A DNA stretch of 59,933 bases, the filler included, from Sphacelaria rigidula (Eukaryota): the NCBI GenBank assembly GCA_964200075.2. It is 10 parts of 10 records of this genome, joined end to end, with 100 filler letters (N's around TTAATTAATTAA, not from the genome) between each part and the next. Parts side by side here need not be neighbours in the genome. Positions count along the whole stretch, not along the records: positions 24,017 to 29,920 come from CAXNAA020023612.1; positions 30,021 to 35,923 come from CAXNAA020023613.1; positions 36,024 to 41,926 come from CAXNAA020023614.1; 7 more parts are not named here. One strand, given 5' to 3'. This document shows positions 24,300-36,519 of this stretch, piece by piece. Positions within the stretch are counted from its first letter, which is position 1, and each line of letters opens with the position of its first letter. The notes beneath the pieces were generated by a model, which saw only the letters and a list, made by a program, of their open reading frames with translations, was not told the origin of the DNA and made no database searches. Made by a program: the position numbers and the translations under genes.

Positions 24300-26960
24300 G
24301 CGGGGCGTATTCATTTGATACTTGCCTTAGGTCATTTGGCGATTGGCCACGCATCCCTTTCGAGACCGAGCACCGTTCCTACTCCGATACTGTAGAGACA
24401 CCTCCAGCGTTTTGGCACTTGTTACGTTTCATCCGTACAGTACATGAGGACCTTCTCCGTACCCCATCCCCTTCATATTACTTAGCATCTGGGGCCACTA
24501 TCCATCTCCTAGTATAACAATCGTTTTCTCGCGAACAGTCCATGAAAGAACAGACTTCACGACACACTGTTTAGCTTCCCCATCTCCTCAAAGATGTCTT
24601 GTTTCTCGTTGAAAAGCTCACATGCCCCCGCTGGTTGATGGATTGATTGATGGTCGCGCTTCAACTGTGACTTCTACTCCCTGTTGCTTTGTCACATTGG
24701 TAACTCCGTGCGTCTACTTCCTCCTCCAACCGACTATTGGTACACCTCTTCGTTCTGGCAGGTCATGGTCCCCCACCCGAAAGCACACTTTGAGCGATTC
24801 TAGCGCAGTCCATTGGGCCGTGCGAATATGTTCTCGTCATAATCTCTTCCTTCAACCCCCACTATATCTTCGATTGTTCTCCCTTGTCCCCTCTCTGCGC
24901 TAGTTTTCTCTTCTTTCTGTCCTTCCTTATACTTTTGTTTTGCACCCCCCAGATTAACCTGTGGAGATTATCCCTTCTTCGCTTCTTCCTGTCTCCCTCT
25001 ATACTTTCCCGGTTACGCTATGCCACTTCATTCTAGGCTAATTCTCCCTTACTTCTCTCCCGTACAACCTTATCAACGATCACTGGCGATCCCCTTCTTC
25101 GCATGTTCCTTGCATTATATCGTCATCTCATTTTCCTCAGGTCTCGACCTGCTTCGAATGGGTATGTTTTCAATGCTGTTCTCAACACTGTATTACTCGT
25201 TTTTGAGTATCAAAAGCATAGTCTCAGCTGCCGTCATTTATCTTGTTTCCAGCTACTTCACGTATTTCGCGTTCCCTTCCCTTACTTCTCCTGCATATAC
25301 TAGCTTTGGTGCAGTCACGTTCATCAGAACCTGTCTCTCAATCCGGTTGTCAAGGAGAGAGAGTGTGGTAGGATCACGTTCAGCTTGCCTTTATATGCCT
25401 TACTCTTTCCTAGTACCTCTCCGTGCATGCCAAGAACACAACAACAGTGTTTCTTCCATCTTCACGTCAAGGTATATATACTAGTCCACGATTGGTAACT
25501 CCCTTCCTTCCCACTTCAATTTTAATTTTACCGAGTTCTCCTTGCCGTCGTTACATACAACTCCCGCGCACTCTTTATATTCATTGCCACTCAAATTACC
25601 AGTGTATTATAGCGCCTTTCGTAATTGTTTCTGCGACCCTCCTGGTGTTACTGATATCCCCACGAAATTATCCGCAAACACCAATCCCGATACCGCATCT
25701 CACCCCACCGTTCTTCCTCGCTTTGTCGCTTCTATTACTAATATTATGCCATCGATAAATACCTTGGACAGGGTGGGTGAAAACGTACATCATCATGTAA
25801 CTGCCTATGAGGTATCAGCGTATTTCGATATTTCCCCACCTGGCATCATGGCACTCCTCGCACATTCTGTCATCTTTTTCACCATTCTCACAATCTTCCT
25901 TATGACTAACCTTCCCCAAATCTTCTTCCACAGCTCATTCCCCCATACTGTGTCACAGGAATTCTGTACATCAAGAACGTAGCAAAATGGAGTTAGCCCC
26001 GCGTTTGCCCTACCTCGAAAATTTTCACCTGTTGTGTACACATGGTCTGTGCAGCTACCTTGGTGTAAACTCTGCTTTCTCTCGGCCGATATTCTTTCTC
26101 CCCCAGTGTTGATCCCACTTTATCGTTCAGGATTTCACCGAATGTTTTTTTTACCGTGCTTCGAAGCCTCATCCCTCAATGATTCCCTGTGTAGCCTTGT
26201 CGCCTTTTTGTTACACCTAGGCTCCATCCACCTCGTAGGTGTGTATTCGTTTCCACAGACACAAGATATAACATCACCATTACCATCACCATCACCATCA
26301 CCATCACGGGGATCACGCTTTTTCTCCTGTACCTCATGAATTCAAGAACTATTTCATCCGCCCTTGCTGCCTTTCTATTCTTAAGTTTGGCTTTACACTT
26401 CTGTACTTCCTCCTTTCTGACCTCTCGCCGCCATCATGTCGGGCCGTTCTCCCGTTTTGATGCCTCACATTAGCCGCTGTCAACTCGTTGCTTTTTTTTT
26501 TATTTCCGCGTAAAACCTCTCGTTAGTGAGTTGCGTTTCCATTTGTCGGTAATGTTCTACTAGTACTTCCCTCTTCCCCTTCGAACAAGTAGTGGAGCTC
26601 TCAGTGTGGCTACTCCCTTGTCTCCGTCTCCTGCCTTTTTGCCCAGTACTCCTTTTATCCCTACCCACGATTGCTTCATCTCGCCATCAAAATCTTCATT
26701 TCTTCGATCACGTACATCGTTCCACATTCCCTTCTTTTCTTTCTGTGAAATATGTGTCCATCTTTTTTCCAGCTAAATTTGCAGCATACTCCTCCGACCC
26801 TACCGTATTTTACCCCCTGCAGATCTTGCGTGGGCCTCTCTCCTCCCTATATCCCACCATGCTACTGCCCTGTTGCATCCCACTAATTCCTACTCCATCA
26901 CTCCTTCATTGATTTACAAAGGGGGAATTGCACCCTGCCAACTGTCATCACTAAAAAGTT
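24300..26960 (-). mobile_element. LINE family C, long decayed ORF2 copy (RT and 3' end)
   Basis: The minus strand encodes LDVQNSCDTVWGNELWKKIW.. (KAYD region) and GLVFADNFVGIS.. (FADD region), and the conserved family 3' end lies at ~24310-24420. Many stops and frameshifts. Confidence 0.85.
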
Positions 26961-26999
26961 CATCCAAATTCATCCAAAACGACGTAATCCATCGCTCAC

Positions 27000-27671
27000 C
27001 TGCTCCAGCTCCAAGCGCTCGCTCTCCACCCGCTGCTTTTCCAAGCGTTCCTGCTCCCATATAGATTCCGCGATGACCCTAGCCATCATTGCCTCTTCCG
27101 TCTCCTGCTCGGCACCCTCGTTTTCCCCCGACGCAGCTGCACCAACCACCTGCTGCTCCGCGGCCTGCTGGAGCGAAATCGTTGTTGCCTGAGCCAGCTT
27201 ATCAACCAACCCACGCCCATCTCTCTCAGCCGTCCCGTCGTGGGCGGCTTCGCAGACAGCCACCTCTTCCACCCATCCAACCCCGTGGTTTCTTGGCTCG
27301 GATGTGTCGGTGTGGGCGCGTTGGCTACCTTCCCCGGTAGCCTGGTCGCCGTAGCCGGCACCTGCGCCGCCATCACCGCTGGGGGTCGAGTTCTTGAGGC
27401 TTTCGAGGTTTGTGTGAAGGTCGGAAGCAATCCCGGCAACGACGAAGGGGACAGCCGAGGTGTATCCAGAGTCGTCGTTGCGGCGTTCTTCCTTCACGTC
27501 TTGTCGGAGCTGCTGTTCAACCTCATCCTCGTCCTTACCTTCACAGGGGTCACTAATCGCTGCTTCTTCTGTAGGCGGTGGTAGTGGGGTAGGGGCTTCC
27601 TGGCGATGAGACACCTCTGGGAATGCGGTCCACCTACCTCCGACGTCAATTTCCGAGAGCTTTAAGGCCAT
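27000..27671 (-). CDS. Pro-rich multi-UIM (ubiquitin-interacting motif-like) protein, downstream exon
   Basis: ACCATGCAG|ATG...GAGCAG|GTGAGC boundaries; 224 codons in phase 0. Contains MALKLSE, EEAMMARVIAESIWE and a coiled-coil-like EQERLEKQRVESERLELEQ. Confidence 0.7.
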
Positions 27672-28146
27672 CTGCATGGTAAGTATGGTGTATTCAAAGC
27701 AAGGAGGCATCAGCGGGGCATCATGATACAGACGCTGTAGAGTGAAAAGCGAGCGGTCTTGAGCGCGAAATAAGCCGCAACCATGGAACGACATTAACAA
27801 CCCGCGCTACGCATAATAGTGCAAACCGGGGGGGGGGGGGGGAACCCCCCCCTTTGCAGCCCAAGAGAATTTTTGGGGGTCTTGAAAAGGGGAGGGGGGG
27901 NNNNNNNNNNGATCTAGACCAGAAAGAACACCGGGACCCACGCCCCACCAACCCCCCCCCGCCAAAAACATGGGAGCGAAGGGGGGGGGGGGGGGGGGGA
28001 ACGCACCGCTTTGCAGTCAATAGTAATTTTTCGTGGATTTGAAAATGGAGAGAGAGGTGGTGGCCGTTTTTCAAAACCACAGCCGTTGCGCCCAACGAAA
28101 GCGATCCGGCACCCGGGTACAAGCGAGTAGTATAACCACCACTCAC

Positions 28147-29590
28147 GTCCATCGCGGCCTTTGAGTCCATCTCTTCCTGCCGAAGAGCAAGGTCCGCCGC
28201 CCTGGATGCCTCCATAGCGGCGAGCAGCTCCTTATCCTGGGTCTCCTCCGCTACACGCAACCTCTGCTGCCTGACAAGTTCCGCCTGTTTCGACGCCTCG
28301 ACGGCCGCCCTTACGGCCTCCTCTTCGGTAGACGGCTCTATTCCCCAGGCATTGGGCATCCCATCATCGGCAACCGCGGGGGGCACTTTGTCGAGCCCGG
28401 CATCCATACCCACCTTACCAACCGCGTCACCCATGTTTTTCAAGGTTCCCACTGTCTGCCCCACCTCGACCGAGGGGGACTGCACAGCCCATCCCGCGAG
28501 CTGCGGGCCTGGTGGTGACCTCGGCTGGCTATGACCAGGAGAAAGCGGGAGCTGTTGCATCGCGTTTGCAGCACCAGTCACGACCAGATGCTGCGGTTGT
28601 TCTGGAGGCCGTGGTATGGGAGAGGGTGCTACCATGGCATCCCCAGTCCCGCTCGACGGCGCTGCGACGGGCGTTGCCGTCACCCTTTCGTCCATTGGAA
28701 TACTATCGCAGCCCATACCCTCAAAGCTCAGCTGCTCGTGCGCATGCTCATCACCGCCGGTCCCGCCCGATGTCGTTGGCATCGGCATCGCGATTGACCT
28801 CTCGTCGACCTGAACATCGTCGTAGCCCTGACCTTGGAAGCCCGGATGTCCGTGAGCTTGCTGACCACCCCGTCTGTCGTGGTCAAATTCGCCACCTTTC
28901 CCAACGCTGACTGACCTTGATGTCAACACCGTTTGCTGGGGTGTGGGTGTCCGGTATTGCTCCAAGGTCACGGTCCTCTCAGGCATCACGGGTTGCTGCA
29001 ACGCGAACCTGCCGGGGTCTGGAGAATTCCCGCTGCTGTACGGAGTACGCGTCGCCGCCGTCTCCGCCGCTTTACCCACAGTCGGTGCAGCAGCATTCGT
29101 GTAGCCCATTGCGACTTTTACTGCCGCTGTGGACCCTGCCCCTTGGAATTTACTACCTCCTCCAGCGGGTGCTGTAGGTGCAGGATGTGAAGACCAGTCC
29201 AACAGAGTTTCGCCAACCGTGCCCTGTGGCTGCGCTGGTTGCTCCGCGCGCAAGTAACTCGGCGGCGGAATATGTGTCGGTTGGAGTGACAGGGCGGGTG
29301 GAGGTCCGGTCGGCGGTGGCGGCGGCGGCGGTGGCCGTGGGCCAGGACGCTCAGCAGACGTACCACCAGCATCGGAGCCGCCTACAGCGGTCGATGGTGG
29401 CGGTTGGGGCATGGGTGGCATAGCCCATGATTGTGCAGCCGCAAAGCTGCCCTTCTCATGTCTCGGGAGTTCGGCGCTCTCAGTCAATGGTTCAGATTCT
29501 TCAGGCACAGGGCGAACTAGGGAGCGGGGAGGAGTGCGACAGACGTTGAGCTCCCACAGCAGCGCCGCTTGCGTTGCCTCGTGCTGCTTC
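28147..29590 (-). CDS. Pro-rich multi-UIM protein, upstream 1444-bp exon
   Basis: GCGCAG|G AAG...ATGGAC|GTGAGT boundaries; open for 481 codons. Contains poly-Pro tracts and UIM-like EEEAVRAAVEASKQ and QDKELLAAMEASRA. It splices in frame to 27671, forming DSKAAMD/MALKLSE. Confidence 0.72.
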
Positions 29591-30020
29591 CTGCGCAATT
29601 AGGAGGATCGCGGACCCATAGCGACCCATCACCGGGGTTACCAGTCCACTGACAAATGAACTTCTAGAAGGTGCAGTGTGCAGTGGTGGGGGTGAACACT
29701 GGATGGCATACCACTCTGGACCGACGTGAATGCCCGGTACGGATGGCCCGGAATTAGTGGCCGATTTCACGCATAAAACAAGATGAGAAATTGGGTATAT
29801 GCTGTTGCAAAAAGAGATGGTATGAAATACTGACAGCACTTGGAGGGGGGGGGGGGGGGGGGGGGGGGGGAAAAAAAAAGGTAAGGGACAGCGGGGGGGG
29901 GTCGTCCCACACCTCCCCCCNNNNNNNNNNNNNNNNNNNNNNNNNNNNNNNNNNNNNNNNNNNNTTAATTAATTAANNNNNNNNNNNNNNNNNNNNNNNN
30001 NNNNNNNNNNNNNNNNNNNN

Positions 30021-30103
30021 TATTAGGAGTATGAACGGTGCTCCGTCTCTAAAGGGATGCGTGGTCAATGGTCACACGACTAAGGCAAGCAACAAATGAG
30101 TAC
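30021..30103 (+). mobile_element. LINE family C 3' terminus followed by C-rich tract
   Basis: GAACGGTGCTCCGTCTCTAAAGGGATGCGTGGTCAATGGTCACACGACTAAGGCAAGCAACAAATGAGTAC followed by ACCCCCATCCCACCCCC. Confidence 0.8.
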
Positions 30104-31139
30104 ACCCCCATCCCACCCCCTGCCCCCCATCCGAAGGATGAGGCCGGATGGCGACGATACCGTAGATGAAGGTGTATATCACTTGTACGTAGTATACAAC
30201 CCCCTCCTATGCCAAAAGTGTATATATCTGGGCTTGTACCCACCTTCGCCTACCATGGGGGTTGCAGATCGAACTAGGGTATGACCAAACTGTGGTTTTC
30301 ACATACCAGGCGTTTCTCCTGTTCTTTGTTCCTTCTCGCATGCCGGCCAACATCAACACGGCATGCACGACATGCTCTTGTGCGTCGACTTTGTTTGGTT
30401 CGAATCTGTTATCCTGAACAATAGCACTTAGTATAAAGTTACCCTACGAGGTGGATACGGGGTACTCGATTGGACGAAGCAGTAGAGTTCATGAGTATGT
30501 TTCACAACCCCACACGCGCATTATGGAATGGAACACGGAAAGAAACGTTGCCAAGCGGTGGGAAATACTGTAAGTGTGCTACGATGACACGAAAACCACT
30601 TCAATGAAACTTACTACCTGTGTCAACGCTACAAAGCGGCTCCTTCGTGTAAAAACTGGCTCGAAATACACCCTGCCCCTCCCTCTCCCGAAAGTAGGAC
30701 CACTCCAGGTTAACGATTAATGTCGGACAGCTTTGGACAACCTTTCGTGGAAGATTTTCCTAAATGATGACGAGGTTAGTTGCTGCTGTCTAAAAGAAAC
30801 CAAACTCCAAGCGCTAGGAAACAAATTCGGTCTTCCATGCGCACATGTATTTATTTTGTGGTTTCCAATTTGGCGAAATTGTTAAGGGGTGCCAGCATTA
30901 TCATAAAAATGTTACCACAAAATGGTAGCTGTATTCTTCTGGACAAACGATATATATATATATATATACATATCGAAACAAGGAACAAACTTTCCACGGA
31001 AAAGCTAATGACTGCCTCATGCCCCGTAGCAAACTATCTTCTGATCATCAGTATCATTTTATCGGCCTGTGGTTTACGTGTTGAACAAATATACACACAT
31101 GAATATGTGGTCATACTCTACTCTCGTTTTTCAATCTAG

Positions 31140-31366
31140 CGGATCCCGCCCCTGACTTTCTCAATGCACAGGGGTACGGCATATCATCTCGGAATAGCTT
31201 TTCACTCATGCAAGCATCTGGAACGGGCGGGGGCGGGGGAGCGGCTGCTGGGGGATACGGCGGAGGAACTGGTGCGGTTGGCGGCATACCGGGAGGCATG
31301 TCGGGCCAGGCGCCAGAGAGAACGCGAGCCGGCAAAAATAGCACACGATACCGGCAGATGCGCTGA
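31140..31366 (+). CDS. Probable terminal exon of unknown Gly-rich protein
   Basis: Polypyrimidine tract plus TAG acceptor, then DPAPDFLNAQGYGISSRNSFSLMQASGTGGGGGAAAGGYGGGTGAVGGIPGGMSGQAPERTRAGKNSTRYRQMR*. A possible phase-compatible micro-exon lies at 30137-30171. Confidence 0.55.
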
Positions 31367-34039
31367 CCCTGCTTACTTTCTTGCTTATTGTTGTAGCTCT
31401 GGGTCCATGCGTGCGGAGCTTTTGGGGATTGGCGCGACGAGGGGCGGGGGGGAGAGGGGGGCATGATTCGTGGTACGAAGTAAAAGTAGGATATGAATAC
31501 AATCGTGCTCGATGGTCCGAGTATGCATGTGTGTAGAAACACGTGGTGCTTCTCATCTCTCGCGTGTGCCGGTAAAAGCGTATACTATTTACGATAGGAG
31601 GAGTTTAGGGACGTTGTTCGTTTCTCGATAGCAAGTGAGCGATGGTGATGACTAATGGAAAGTCCATGATGACCAAAGCGTGGCATTTTGGCGGGCACGT
31701 GGCAGGGAACACGCACGCGCTCTTGTTTCTTCTGTGGAGATGTTACTGTTGTCGTTTGTTGGATTCGTGGAATGTTTGGCCGGCAGCCCTGGACGTTTTC
31801 TTGTTCTGTATCTTGTTACTAATATATTCACGCAATGCGGGAACGGAGAACGTGTAGACAGCGGTTATGTACACGCAGATCTCGCGTGCTTTACCAATTT
31901 CTGGTGTCGCTAATAACAGAAAAGATGCGGCAGATCGGCTGCTCGTATCGACCGTCGATGGAAGAAAATGACATAACATCCGTTGGTGGATGCTTTACCC
32001 TTCTTCTCCAACGACTATTTGTGTCATCGTTGGAAGTGCATTGACGTGGAGTACCGTCGCGTATAAAGGGTGGAACGCGTAACGATCGACATCATTTACA
32101 GTGTATCAAAACGACGAAAACGGATGTGTAGACGGTACGTCAGATACCCATCGGCTGGCTAACAATGGCAGGCGCTGCCAGTACCCGACCTACAGTAGTC
32201 CCATGTTTTGTCCCCACGCGGGGCACAGCAGCGTTGTTTACCGTGATGACACAATGATGATAAGTTGAGACACAATCAATGTGTAAGTAGGTCTATCTGT
32301 CGAATATCGGGAAATCTAGCCCACGGTCTTCTGGGGTAGGCGTGTGTGTTTGTTACGACTTACTTACCTTGCATATACCCATACACAACAAAACATCCGC
32401 GCATTTCTTCAGAGATACAGAGGGTTCTTCGGTTTTCGAATGGTTTTTGCCGCACATTATCGTCGTCATCCACCGCGCACGACGGTAAAAAACAAAAACG
32501 GCAAACGAACGGCTCGATGTGATTCCATTTTTTGTGCTTGCCTACATGAGTGGGGGTAGGGTATTGTCACTCCTGTGGATGCATACTATGCACAGGAACC
32601 CGAGAAGTATACAGGAATGCGGAAATATTTTGCGGAATGTAATACTGCTGATTTGTGAAGTCATATTCTTGACTGACTTCCCTCGCGTACTCGCTCTGTT
32701 TCGTCCCCTGGTTGAAGGTCGTGCTCGCTTGTCGTTGTAAGGGGAAGCGGGTCGCGGAAGAGTATCATTTTTACAAAGCTACTTCACCCTAGCAGCAATG
32801 GCCATACCGCTGGCATATGTCACAAACAAATGGCGAAGCTGGAACATCGATAGGTTCAAGACCTGGAGTCAGTATAACGCAGTGGCATCGTGTGCAGAAC
32901 GGCCAATCCTTGCATTTGACACGAAATGGGGAGATAGACATTACTCTAATATGCGTGTGTGACACGAGAGTAGTTCAGGGAAGCAGAAAATTGCCCTCGC
33001 CTCATACTAAAAATTATGGACTATTTTCGCCAAGAAGCGTCGTCCGCTAGCTATCTCCGATCCCAAGGAGGAAATACTACTATAAACTGGCGCTGAAAAA
33101 GCCCGCTGCTTAGCCCTGGATTCGACGCGGAGAGAGCTTTTTTTCCCCTCCAATGTGGCCCGTGACCCGGATCGGAGGGAGAGAATCGTCCTCAAAATAC
33201 CCGTCCAGTATGATCTGGCCCATCATGTAGACTTGAATTGGTCTTGGGTTGCTGAAGATTCAGTCGCGCTTGTAACCGTTTGTTTAAACATACGTTTAAC
33301 ACCTACGACTACTGAATTGTACTGTTGGCACCTAAATTGACCAGGATGTTCATCTATTGAAAAAACGCCATTTTCGAGCGATAATGATGCTGACTAGCGA
33401 CGATCACCGCAGGGTGGGTTATCTGGGCCTTTTACAGGCATTTTTCGAGTAGAGATAAAAGCCGATTTAACGGATGATCTACCCTGTCTCTTTTTGTTTT
33501 GTGCATGGGCTCGTGTGATTATTGTGCACGGCCTTTTTCACCTTAAGCCACGCTACAGAGGTCGGCTATTCTCAGGTTTGTTTCCTTGTTCTTTTTATTT
33601 TTGTCTACTTCTCTGTTTTTTTCCTTTCCATTCTGCTTAGTCGTGGCTTTGGTTCTGAATTGATAGATGGACAAAAGTAGGTAAAATCAACGAGTTTCCA
33701 GACAAAAGTGGGTTCCCGTAATCACGGCTGCAGGAGCTGCCCACGCTCAGCCAAAATACCTAAATGCTCCCGACACAAAGGTAACACGCTCACAGCCCAT
33801 GCAGAGCATGTACCCCAACTTTCGCGCACTCGGGTACGATTGAGGGTGGGCCGAACAGCACCTCGGGACACAAGGGCCTCATCGGGTACCCATTTCTATC
33901 CAAAAATCAGACGGGTATATCTTCCATTTTCTACATTTTTCCTCTCGCCCCCCCTTTGCCCTATTTTGGCCCAAACTTTTGTTCGACGTGTACGCACTTT
34001 TGGGCAGTCTCGGTCCTCCATAGCCACCCTCCACATCAC

Positions 34040-34400
34040 TGCACGGCATAACATCGAACGGCCTGAGAACATCTCCAACACTTCCTTGTGCAACTCCATG
34101 TAAGATATACAAATATTTCTATATTTCCCCGTCTAGCATCATACATGGCACTTTTGGCACATCTTGTCATTTTCTCCGCCATTCTCCACATTTTCCCTCT
34201 GATGCCAATTTCCCACATCTTCTGCCACAACCCAGTTCTCCACACTGTGCCATAGGTCTTTTGTACGTCTAGAAAGAAAGAGTGCGTTGTCAGCCAGACG
34301 TCTTTCCTACCCTGAATAACCGTACCTAATGTGCACCCCTAATGGTGATAAAAGCGCTTGCTCTTCCCCTTTCGCCATATATATTGTGCTTCGAAGCTTT
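34040..34400 (-). mobile_element. LINE family C RT fragment
   Basis: Reads FLDVQKTYGTVWRTGLWQKMWEIGIRGKMWRM.. and is homologous to 25805-26041. Confidence 0.8.
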
Positions 34401-34648
34401 CAAGAGTGTGTTGGGTAGGGTAAATACCCGGCCGTTTACTCTCCCGAATTCTGTGTTGCTATGGTCCGATCTCCTAACTTTACCCAAATATTGGGTAAAA
34501 TGAGGTACCATCGCAATACTGCACCACTAAAAATATCTATGTATTGTTGCTTACGATCTCAATGCTCTACCAAAGTTGCGGGTACTTAAAGCAGCACGAT
34601 TTTCCAAAATACCCGAATGTAGGGAATAGCCTACCCAACACACCCTTG
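34401..34648. mobile_element. hAT/P-like MITE with 8-bp TSD
   Basis: TIRs CAAGAGTGTGTTGGGTAGG and CCTACCCAACACACCCTTG. Flanks are GAAGCTTT (34393-34400) and GAAACTTT (34649-34656). Confidence 0.75.
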
Positions 34649-36078
34649 GAAACTTTCACTCTTCATTGCCCGAATCTCCCATGCGTTCGTCGTTGGGTGG
34701 GGCACGCCTCAGAACATTCATATTTCCCATCCATGCTAATGTTGCGCCAAACATACATCCCTTCTGAAGGCTTCCCACGCCCCATCATGTTCCTGCACTG
34801 TTTCCCCCACGCCTCTGCGTCATGACAAAAATATTCAGCGCCCCATTTCTTGCATCCCGGACAACCAAGTCTTCACCCCCTGCCGGTTTCTCAGGAGGTG
34901 GTGCGCTGCTCGAAGAATCCGCACTATCTCGCGAATTCAGCGCACTCGGAAAATCCGGCGCTGAGCACGACTCTCGTGCAATCCGATTCGGAGTTCGTTT
35001 CACTCTGGGACTCCATTGCACTCGGGAATTCCGGCGCAGAATCCAGTGGGGATATTCGGGCGCAAGATTCGCCCACTGTCGAATTCGCAGGGCGCGTTGG
35101 CATGCTCATGACGGCATTACTACAGCTTGACTTCGTTGCGGCACCGAGCCACAGAGCGCCGGAGGGACGGACTGTGGAATGTGTGTTTGGCTTGACGAAG
35201 AGTCACGGGTCGAGAGAGAGGTGACGGTTTTCCTGGCGTAGTTTGACGATAACGACCCACGACTTGAGTGTACAGTAGGAAACGTCGCACTGGTGCCGCA
35301 CTCGTGTAGCCTTGGCAATCTACTTCTTGGTGTATGCATTCGAGCGTAGTATGTATGTTAATTCAGTGTGTGGCCAAAGGTCTGTCAAAAAACTATTTCG
35401 GGACACGTAAACCCCGAGATCGAAAATTCGAGATTTTGAGGGGAGGGAGGGGGCGGGGGGGGGGTCCACCCAGCCTGCTGTCCCTTTTAGTTTATTGTCG
35501 AGGCGTTGGCAGATGCGGTCAGCTGCCGTGTACGGAGATTCTTGGCGTGGAGATTGCTGAGATGACGGACACACCGCCCCTCCACGAGTCGCATGAAGGG
35601 TGAGCTGCATCCTGCTGAGATCGTTCGGCCCGAAGCGTACTGACTATCTTGCATTTGGATGACAACCTACAATGAGTTGCTTTTTTGTCCAGTATTGCCA
35701 CTTCCTGAGACAGCCACGGCTTATACACTGCCTCGTCGATGTCTCACCATTTAAACACTACTACGCAGTACGATCATCCCCAGTGTGCGGAGTTGAGGTC
35801 CTCCCACGCCGCACAACATGATCATGCTCGGCTACAATCACGGTCACCGCAAAAAAAACGCAAGCGCGCAAAAAAAAGCGGTAACGTGGTTGCCTGTAAT
35901 ACTCAGTCAGTGACGTGTTTTATNNNNNNNNNNNNNNNNNNNNNNNNNNNNNNNNNNNNNNNNNNNNTTAATTAATTAANNNNNNNNNNNNNNNNNNNNN
36001 NNNNNNNNNNNNNNNNNNNNNNNCGGGTTCTCATCCTCAATCAATAGCACCATCCTCAACATAGATGATTGGCTGTTA

Positions 36079-36476
36079 CAACGTGATCATATACGCCTTG
36101 AGCTCAAATGGGAGATTTTCGACAGGCGAGTATTTCCTGGAACAGCGAATATCGCCGTGTTTAGTCCGTAGACCTCGCACAGAACGTGATCATACACGCC
36201 TGAAGCTCAAACGGGAGATTCTAGACAGGGGAGTGTTTCCCGGAATATCGAATATGGTCGTGTTTAGTCCGCAGACCTCGCACAAAACGTTATCATATAT
36301 GCTGGGACCTCAAATGGGAGGTTTTGGACAGGCCAGTACTTCCTAGAACAGCGAGTATCGTCGTGCTTAGTCCGTAAAACTTACCCAGAATGCTATCATA
36401 TATGCCTGGAGCTCAAATGGAAGATTTTCGATAGGTTTATCTTTCCTGGAACAGCGGTTATCGTCGTGTATAGTCC
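36079..36476. repeat. 103-bp tandem satellite (left part; resumes at ~38055-38425)
   Basis: Units start at 36081, 36184, 36287 and 36390 (ACGTGATCATATACGCCTTGAGCTCAAATGGGAGATTTTCGACAGGCGAG...TTTAGTCCGCAGACCTCGCACAGA). Confidence 0.9.
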
Positions 36477-36519
36477 AGCCGATCGCCCCGGTGGCTCAGT
36501 TCTCAACCTCGAAACCTTC

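Noticed and set aside
26970..29598. Long minus-strand ORFs as ORF1 of the adjacent LINE
   Set aside because: They have canonical splice sites with consistent phase and intact frames, while the LINE is heavily decayed. A host gene with a LINE in its intron fits better. The ORF-track extensions beyond the splice sites are intronic.
31111..31542. Pro-rich minus-strand ORF (143 aa)
   Set aside because: More likely the antisense shadow of the plus-strand Gly-rich terminal exon, which has a proper acceptor and stop.
34785..35728. Ser-rich minus-strand ORF fragments
   Set aside because: Every frame has stops and I could not build a consistent exon model. At most an unidentifiable pseudogene.
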